Shown in pieces: positions 7,807 to 15,827 of a DNA stretch of 15,827 nt. The notes under the pieces are model-generated. The model searched no databases, had not been told where the DNA came from, and saw only the letters and a list, made by a program, of their open reading frames with translations. The stretch spans positions 1-15,827 of the forward strand of contig CDMY01000844.1 in the NCBI GenBank assembly GCA_001179505.1, in the 5' to 3' direction. How positions within the stretch are numbered: the stretch's first letter is position 1; every line of letters starts with the position of its first letter. Made by a program: the position numbers and the translations under genes. This stretch comes from Vitrella brassicaformis CCMP3155. Its lineage: Eukaryota > Protista > Chromerida.

Positions 7807-8589
7807 CTGAATGCCATGGAATGACCAATACAATACGTTCATGGAATTTGTTTGTATATATGTGAATATGTGTGTATATGTGTGTACGTGTGTATGTGCC
7901 TGGCAGTGATTTCACTAACTCACATGCATGTGGGCGGGTGTGGGGGTGTGTGAGTGCGTGAGCGTCTGAATTCACGGACGTCTTGATCGTTTCCTCCCGC
8001 ATCTTGTCTATCTACTTGTTTCTGCACGTAGGTCAGACGTCTTTGCATGATTTTAGGCCATGGTCTATCGGCATATCCACATGATAATCCCTGACTCTAG
8101 AAGTAGTTCTTTGTTTTGTGTGCATCTTTTTCGTATGTGGGGGGTCCTGGGTGCCTTGGCAGCCGTCGGTGCCTGTCAGTCATTCGTGTGACGACAAATC
8201 TGATCTGCGTGTGACGACTGACTGCACATACTCCGATGAGTGTGCCTATTCGTGATTGCATGTGTTCGATTCCATGTTTGTCAAGGGGGACAGTCAGAGA
8301 GAGGGAAGGGAGCGGCCACATACAGTTTTTTATGCGTGTGCATGCACACGAGAGGGACAGACAGAGACACCCGACACACACATGCAAACAAATAAACAAA
8401 AGAGCGTTTCGAGTCTACGTCGTTGTATCAATCAGAGACATCCATCCACGTATATACGGGCCAAGGAATCACCAGCAATAAATACCACACATGAAACAAC
8501 CTCATGATATATATGGAAAGAGGTGGGCATCATCCACACAACCACCTCACAGCCACACACCTGTGTGAACGTCTATCTGTGTGGTGCAG

Positions 8590-8919
8590 GTGAGTGAGAA
8601 GATCCGGGCGCGGGGCACGGCCGGGGCTGGGACGGCACCAGAGGGGGAGGAGGCCGAGACGGTCATGAAGTTCGTCCACAAGGTGGACCAGCCTCTCAGG
8701 TGCGTGTGGCTGCCACAGCGCGTGAGTGGTATATCATGGCCGTGCATGTGATGTCGTCGGTGCGCATGGGGGTGTGTGAGTGCAGGTCGTTCACGCGTCT
8801 GTTGTTTGTTCGTGAGTCCACCCATCCGGCTGGTCTTTTTTGTGTACGTCGCTTTCCTCCACCTCTACTGCCTGTTTCTGCTGCACCTCTTCTCACCCAA
8901 GAGCCAGCTCGACACGTGA
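8590..8919 (+). pseudogene. Golgin-84-like C-terminal (tail-anchor) fragment with frameshift
   Basis: Exon 8590-8699 (VSEKIRARGTAGAGTAPEGEEAETVMKFVHKVDQPLR), intron 8700-8785, exon 8786-8919. Removing a 4-nt duplication (tttg, ~8805-8808) gives DQPLRSFTRLLFVSPPIRLVFFVYVAFLHLYCLFLLHLFSPKSQLDT*, which matches the golgin-84 pattern D-x16-R-(V/L)F-x3-Y-x3-LHL as I recall it. No upstream coiled-coil exons lie between 7806 and 8590. Confidence 0.6.
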
Positions 8920-9226
8920 ACCTTCGAAGGAGTGCCAGACAGACAGGCAGAGACCCAGTGGCCAGCGTCCATGGACTGATGGACAGACAGACAGACAAGT
9001 GACGAACAGAGAGAGAGAAAGACAGACAGACAGACAGACAGACCGGTCAACCAACGGACGATCGATCGGGAATTCGTTACATGAGTCGCATACGTTCTGT
9101 ATTACGTCAATGTCTCTTACATTAATTCGAGCGCTGATCAGTGATTGATTGATCGATTGATTGATTGGCTTTCTTTCTTCTCTTGTCGCGTCGCATTGAG
9201 ACGAGTGAGTGAGTGAGTAAGTAGAA

Positions 9227-10959
9227 ATGGCAACTGGGCGGTCCGCCCGGCCCAGGCCACCCAGCAAAACTCCGCCACCATCAGCGGCACGCAATCGCTA
9301 TGCAGTCGGCACACAATCACTCACCACACAATCACCCGGCAACGCACACACATTGGTCACTCACGCCTGTACATGTGTTGTCTGATGTTTTTCTTTCGTT
9401 CAGTGATCCGCAATGTGCTCCGCACTGTGTTCGGGAGCATCGCCTACATCCGCGAATTGTTCCCCGAGGACTGCTTCGAGGAGAAGACCATCAGTGAGTC
9501 ACCGAGAGAGGCGACACATGTGTGTCTCTCTCCGTTTGTGTTGTGGCTGCGCGTTGTCTGTGCGTGTAGGTGAGCTGCCGTTGAAGATTTTGCGGCCCAA
9601 GGACGAGCACAGCGAGGCGGCGAAGCTGCACGCATGGCTCGACAAGAAGTGCCTCCGGTCAGCCAGGGATGCACTCTTGTGTGTGTGTCTTGTGCTGTGC
9701 TGTGTCGTGTGGACGGATGTATGGATGGATGGATGGATGTGTTGGTGCAGTATGTTGATCTTCGGCATCCATGACTCGTTGACGGACGCGCTGCTCGAGT
9801 CTCACCACTTCAAGGCACACAGACACACACAGAGAGAGACACTCACCACGCCACGCCCATCTCTCTCTCCATGTCTCTCTCTCTGTGTGTGTGAGTGTGT
9901 GTGTGCAGTTTGCCTACGACAACAGTGTGAGTGTGGACGTGGATCGCGACAACGGCGACCCACAGGCACAGCCGAGTGCGAGCGCCAGTGCCAGTGGAGT
10001 GTCCAAGGAGGAGGCCAAGAAACAGGCCACATCGATGCTGCTGAACCTCATCTTCCTCACAAGTAAGTCAGTCAACTCAGCCATTCGACACCCACACCAC
10101 ACACACTGACCTCCATCCCCCCTGTCTGTCTGTCTGTCTGTCTTTCTGTGTGTCTTTAGAGGAGCTCAGCCCGCTGCCAGGCAGGCCAAGCCCATCAACA
10201 CATACACAAGATGAGATAGATGCTCATCCTTACTGTCTTTCCCTCTGTGTGTGTGTGTGTGTGTGTGTGAGTGTGCAGATGACCGCTACCTGACCATGAA
10301 GATGATGTGAGCAGCTGTCGTCCGCCATCGGATCGGATAATTGAATCGAATTGCACACAGTGAGTCGTCCGCCACTATGTGAGCAGCGGCTTGAGGGAGT
10401 GCTTCTCAAGCCGTCCATCTGTGTGTGTGTGTGTGTGCAGGTGACGTGTGTGAGTTTGGCTGCGATGATCGAGCAGGACGAGGAAATCGCACAGTGCATA
10501 ATCGAGCAGTGAGTCACTGCCACACACACACACACACACACACAGATTGCCGTGTCATTCTCTGTCGTCAGGCTGCAGGAGAGCGGCTTGCTGAGTACAA
10601 GTGACCACATGGGCAAAGGCTTCATGGTGCCGCGACACACACACAACAACTCGCAGCAACATCAAGGTACAAAAGACACACACACAACACCTCTCGTCTA
10701 ATGCCATCTCATCTCTCTCGTCCGTCAGTGTCGCGCAAGCGTGGTCGTGCGGCGGTGGACGACGACAAGTCGTCGCACAGTGAGAACGGCGCCGACGACA
10801 AGAAGGGACGGCAGTCGATCAGAAGCCCCGGCCACGGACTCTCGTAACCACACCACACCACACACGGATGGATGGATGTCCCTGTATGTGTCTCTGTGTG
10901 TGTGTGTGTGTGTGTGTGTCAGGAAACGGCCGTGCCGCACACTGCCGATGCTCAAGTGA
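9227..10959 (+). pseudogene. HOP1: HOP1/ASY1/HORMAD-like meiotic axis gene (HORMA + winged helix), probably disrupted
   Basis: Exons ~9227-9304, 9404-9493 (MIRNVLRTVFGSIAYIRELFPEDCFEEKTI), 9570-9657, 9751-9814, 9909-10062, 10160-10180 (KELSPLP), 10279-10306 (DDRYLTMKM), 10441-10508, 10572-10666, 10729-10843 and 10923-10959. The HORMA identity is clear. Lesions: ATG 9227 is out of frame with the conserved frame, WL..KK lacks the usual E-GVFDAL, the YY..P..YxPPxF segment is absent, and exon 7 to 8 splicing yields ATG-TGA. Confidence 0.75.
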
Positions 10960-12018
10960 CAGACAGACAGGCAGACAGACAGACAGACTGACTGACAGGC
11001 AGACAGTCATGCGTGGCGTGTGTGTGGCGTGAGAGACAGTTTTGTTGATGCTATCGCAGCGCAGACACAGACGACAGACAGACAGACGAGTGGAGGATGA
11101 ACTCGGGACGCCTGCTCATTCAAACACGATGAGATTTGGTTCAAAATGTGTCCGAAACTGAAAGACGTCACCACACAGGACAAACAGACCGGAGACAGAC
11201 AGGCAGACAGACACAGAGAGACGGTTGGCTGAAATCGGTGTCTGTCTGTCTGCCAAATCGCCGAGAGTGTGTGTGTGTGTGAGTGTGTGTGTCTTGGGTC
11301 GGTTAGCTGACTGCATATTGTCGCGAGCGGTGCCTTTCGGCGAGCAGTTTGTTATTGTCTCTGGGGTGGTTGAAGGTCCACATCCTCAACGTGCGTCGTG
11401 CTCCACGTGCGCGCCGATTGGGTGTGCGACTAATTCGTTTTCTGCTTTCGTGCGGTGTAATTAAGTGCTTGTGCAGAATACTGACGCTGCATCGATCACC
11501 GGTGTTCAATGAGTGCTCTCATCCACGTGTGTGTCGCCCCCCGCGTGTGCGTCCACCCACAAAGACCCCATGCAGAAGTCCCTCAAATCCCCCCCCAGTT
11601 GCATCCATGCAGTGCACGTGCTCATTCCATCTCCGCATGGCCGTCACCCATCATTCGTCGAGTTTATAAGTGGTAGGGTTTGATAGTGGACAAACAAAGA
11701 TGAGATTGCTGTGTAAGTGGGGAATATTCATCTTGAATGCACTTGTCTTTTTTCACGTGGGTGTGTTGGTGTTGCGGTGTGGTCTCCATCCACACTGTCT
11801 GTGTGGCTGTCTCATTGCAGGGCTGGCCCAGGCATTACACGGAACCTGCGTTGACAAAGGCTTGCCCAGACGTAGGTCTAAAACGACAGCCTGCCTCTCG
11901 ACTGGCTTCTGCCGACTGGACAGATCAAAAAGAATACGACATAGATACCTCCCCTTCATCTATCATCTATCCGCTATCAACAAGAGAAAACAAGTACGGT
12001 CTTCTGAAGAACTTTCTC

Positions 12019-13976
12019 TCACTGTCGGTCCGCCAGCGGGCTCTGCAGCGAGCATGCATTGTCGACGGGGCACATGGACACGATGCTGAGACCCGCACAT
12101 CTCAAGGCTTCCCTGACATCGTCTATTGTCGCCTGCGATGGTTCAGGTGTCCGGGAGTATACCACACCGCCATCGTACCCGCACCAGGCGTCGTTGCATC
12201 CCATGTAGTACACAATGAAATACCTGATCGATCGATACACACATTGTTCACGCATGGAGGTGAATTTGTTCTTTCTTGCGGCCCACCTTTCAGGGTCGGC
12301 AGACAGAATGTACCAATCGTCGGATTGGTGTAGGTAGGTCGGGTCGTGGCTACGAAGCACTCCCGGAGAGCTCCTATGGGGAAAGAAGACCTGCTCCACA
12401 TGGCGGGTGAAAAATGGCTGTTTGTCACCACCCTGAATGAATCACACACGAAGGCAAAGACATACAGCACTGTGACCGACTGTTCTGTGTGTATGGTGCA
12501 GCGCTTCTTACATGGGGCACTGGTACCCGATAGGAGATATCGAATCTCACCCCATTGGCCGCCGTCCAAGCGCCATTCTTCCATCTCATTATCGGATGAG
12601 GAGCGCCATCATCCGAACGGACCGCCTCTGAAGTCTTGCCCTGACACACACACACACCACACACACACGTGTGTGGCACACCGGATGTGTAAGCAAGGGA
12701 TGTCGGCACATCGTAACACTGCATCCCCTATCTAATGAGGGCGATCCAGCTGACTCAGCGCCGATAAGCTAAAACCATCAAGGCAAGACGCCACGGATGG
12801 TCTCGGCAATTCGTGTCAGCACTGAGGTGAGTCGGTCAGGCACTCACAGCTCGACCAACAAGGAAGCAGTGCTCTCCCTGTCTACACGTTTGTCTGTCCT
12901 GTCTCTCTGTACTCACAGCTGGATATGTACGGTACGTAGGTATAGATGTATAAATGTCTTACCGGTGCGCTTTTGACGACTGAAGCAGTGTGGTGCTGAC
13001 AAGGGAAGCAGTCAAACACGGGGTTCAATCCATAGACAACCCACCACTCTCCCTGACAACCAGCAGAAAACCATGAAAGAAGAACTTCTTCCTCCCTTGT
13101 TCCTTCCGTCGTCCCACCTGCAGAGCGGCAGGCTCCAGTGCGGCGACGACAGGAATCCTCCTGTCGACCTCAGAAGCGCCAGGCAGCTGCCTGGCCACCT
13201 GCTCGCTCTTGCCCTGGTCATCCCGGACGCGCCCCTCCGCGGCATGTCTGTCGATCCTCTGAGGGATGACCTGGTGCTCGCTTATCGCGCATATGTGGAA
13301 CTCCTTTAGCACGTCCTCTTCGTACAAGTCGCCACATCTCATCTGGCACGCGATGTCGTCCATCCCACACTTCATGAGGCACACAAACTCGTGAAGACCC
13401 CGCCGGTCACTCATCGCCCGAAGCAAAGGACCACCGCATTTAGTCAGCAGGCCTGAATAACACAAGGCATAACAGCAATTCGTATGTGCAACAGCATCCG
13501 GATGTGCTGATACCATAGTAGTCGACGGAGCTCCTTGTCGACAGTGAGAAGACGCTCTGGCGTTTTCTTATCAGCGTATCATCCGGCGCCATGGCGCTTC
13601 TGCTGAGCCCATCCATCATAGCCTCTCTCTGCGCCGCATCGTAAGGTCTGCCGATCACATACAAAGACACCACGATCCCCAGCACAGCTACCCCAGCAAG
13701 AAGTCGCCTCCACAAGAGCGGAATGGGGCCCTCCCTTCTTCTTTGCCCTCCTTCTCCAGCACCCTTTTGCTTCCTTGGAGGCTTGGAAAGCCCGCGCTGG
13801 TGGTCACCATGACGCTGATCGGCAGATTGATCCAAGGGAGCATGAAGGGAAGCCCGGTCCTCTGTTCTTCTGGCTGAGTGGCGGACGGAAGGTCGGGGTG
13901 CTGCGAGAGGCTTGATGAACATCGGAGGACGGAAGGTGGCGGACGCAGCAAAGATGCCGCCTCGGACGAGTGTCAT
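12019..13976 (-). CDS. VDL: Violaxanthin de-epoxidase-family protein (VDE/VDL-like; Cys-rich domain + lipocalin domain, no Glu-rich tail), ~455 aa, 6 exons
   Basis: Exons 13976-13514, 13452-13118, 13052-12963, 12640-12512, 12432-12287 and 12223-12019 splice in frame (1368 nt). Motifs: CQMRCGDLYE..VLKEFHICA, GEWWVVYGLNPVFDCFPCQHH, FFTRHVEQ, PGVLRSHDPTYLHQSDDWYILS, YFIVYYMGCNDAWCGYDGGVVYSR, VDNAC, all parallel to plant VDE. The start codon is uncertain, and extra micro-exons within 12962-12641 cannot be excluded. Confidence 0.9.
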
Positions 13977-14167
13977 GACGGCATCGGCACACGCCAGGCC
14001 GATGATCTTGGTCTCACCAGGCCATGGTCAGCATCTGACAGGAGGACGGGCAGCATCAGGCATGCCTCCTGCGAGCTCACATGCATGCAGATGGGGGCGA
14101 GTCTTAGGCGTCTCAAAGAGGCAAGGACGAATGCATCGTGCAGCTCATCTCTCGGCAATTTGGTAGA

Positions 14168-15827
14168 ATGAAGAGGGGTGTCTGCAGTGCAAGGCGCAAC
14201 ACTGAGGTCGTGGCATTACGACACCAGATACAGGAGCTGCAGAAGGATAACAGGGACAAGTCAACGCAGATTGCTGGCTTGGTCGCCTCCGCTGGTGGGC
14301 AAATATGCAAAGAGGATACACACGAATCACCTCAATGACGTGCACGAATCACCTCATGTGGTGTGGTGCTGCGGGACAATCAAATAAAATCCATGCAGGG
14401 CGCATGAGGGCGGAGAACTCCTCCGACGTTCTCAATCTCAGGAGCCTCCTGAAGGAGTCCCAGAGACACAACGATGCCTCTCTGCGGAGCATGAGGATGG
14501 CTGAAAACAAAAGGGAGTCGCTGAAGCGAATTCTTGAGGAGGAGATCGCCGCCTCGAGGCTGAAGGTAATTTCGTCGATGAACACATGTGATTCGCTGCG
14601 TGCCACATCCATTCACTCCTTGTCTCAATGCATTCATGTGTGCAGGTATGCTCGCTGGAGACGGAGCTGGCCAAGGTCGTTGCCGAGAGGGACGATGCGC
14701 TGTGCCACATCCAAAGGTTCTTCATAGGGGAAAATGTGTGGGTGCTTGGCGCGGCAGGGGTTTTCGGTTGGAGGTTGTGTCTGAACTCCTTGCAGGTTGA
14801 ACGAAACCGTCCGTGCACTCCAGACGGCATATGACGAGCTATGCGGAAGGTTCCGCGCGATGAAAGAGGACCGATCCGCCCTCGTACGCATCCAAACACA
14901 ACACTCGCATGTCTCCTTGTGATGCTGCTACTTGAACAGTACGAGGAGTTGAAATGCCCCTCCCGCCCATCCACTAGCTCTGTCAGCAACGTCTCTCGCT
15001 CTCTTCGGCACGCCACACAGAGTGTCCCCAAGCCGACCTCACTTTTGCAGCGCATCCGAGGACATCACACCAATCCCGCCTCGCCCACGCCTCCAACTCC
15101 CACCTCATGCAAGCCAGTGATCCGCAGCGGCCGCGGGGCACTGGATGACATGCCCACTGTGGACACAGAGGCGCCTCATGAGGAGGAAACAGACGACCTG
15201 GAGGGAGATAATGCCACCAACGCGATTAAAAGCAGCTACGAGTCGCCATCTGCCAAGACTCCGGGCTGCTTTGCTATCTCGTCTCTCAAGGCGCGAGTGC
15301 AGCTGAGCGGGAGATCGTGTCGGAGCAAACAGGAGAGGGCCTACACGCATCACCAGCAGCGTGACCGGCAGGAACGTCGTTCAGGCCCCGAAAACGTCAT
15401 CAAATCCACAGAAGGTCGTCCTCAAAATGCGCCCTCATCGCTGGCTGCGGACGCCCGCTCACTCGCAGCATCGAAGACGTTCCAACAAACAGACACCGCC
15501 CTTCAGCAGCGTCTCACAGCGACGTTTTTGGCGTCTCAAGGCACCACGCTTCCATCACTTGCTGCTTTGGTGGCAGACCCAATGCCCAAGAAGGCCGAGC
15601 AGAAGCCGCCGTCAAGTCGCCGACTGCCGCCAGGAGTTGGCAGAATCGACGACACGCCCTCACCGGAGGTGCAGCCGTCGGCAAAGGCGCCAGGCGATGC
15701 TTGGCCGGGCACAGCCAATGAGACAGGAGTTCTCCCGCCTCCCCGTCACCATGCACCGTCGACTGGTGTTGGTGTTGGGAGTGTTGGGGGTGGCTGGGGG
15801 GCAGACTTTCTGAGCCCTCTCCACAGC
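14168..15827 (+). CDS. Hypothetical protein: N-terminal coiled coil followed by long Ser/Pro-rich low-complexity region; runs off the window
   Basis: Exons ~14168-14294 (..VVALRHQIQELQKDNRDKSTQIAGLVASA), 14399-14565, 14646-14716 (VCSLETELAKVVAERDDALCHIQ), 14796-14883 and 14940->15827 (open, no stop). All are GT-AG and phase-compatible. The true start is unresolved (14100-14190). Confidence 0.75.

Noticed and set aside
8060-8300. Short hydrophobic ORFs downstream of the ZIP gene
   Set aside because: Stops occur in all frames within ~50 codons and there is no family signal.
10387-10413. 9-bp perfect inverted repeat cggcttgag/ctcaagccg
   Set aside because: An isolated intronic hairpin with no U-tract or transposon-end context. 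Bacterial-style terminators are not expected in this eukaryotic DNA.
1-15827. CRISPR arrays, rRNA/tRNA, transposase or reverse-transcriptase ORFs
   Set aside because: None could be recognised by eye. All repeats are microsatellites or gene-family paralogy.

Overview
Eukaryotic, intron-dense genomic DNA with short introns full of CA/TG, GACA/TGTC and GGAT microsatellites. This style plus a violaxanthin de-epoxidase-family gene suggests a photosynthetic alveolate such as the chromerid Vitrella (inference, not verified). The six-frame ORF track is mostly misleading here, so I rebuilt genes by manual splicing. (1) 1-7806 holds two head-to-head gene pairs whose four members share one signal-peptide/pro-leader exon (MKL[F/L]LCL.GALL.AG...LRKL...DPST, same phase-0 intron). 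After a second R-A-(L/T) motif the cargo differs completely: a His18/Cys12 metallothionein-like peptide (B), a Trp/Arg-rich cationic peptide (C), an unknown cargo cut by the window edge (A), and a His/Asp ectodomain fused to an intact 19-exon ZupT/GufA-type ZIP transporter (D). This looks like a candidate secreted metal-scavenger plus transporter system. (2) 8590-10959 holds decayed fragments: a frameshifted golgin-84-like C-terminus and a HOP1/ASY1-like HORMA + winged-helix gene with several lesions. (3) 12019-13976 (-) is an intact, divergent VDE/VDL-family gene. (4) ~14168 to the window end (+) is a coiled-coil/low-complexity protein gene. I found no CRISPR array, rRNA, tRNA or recognisable transposase.
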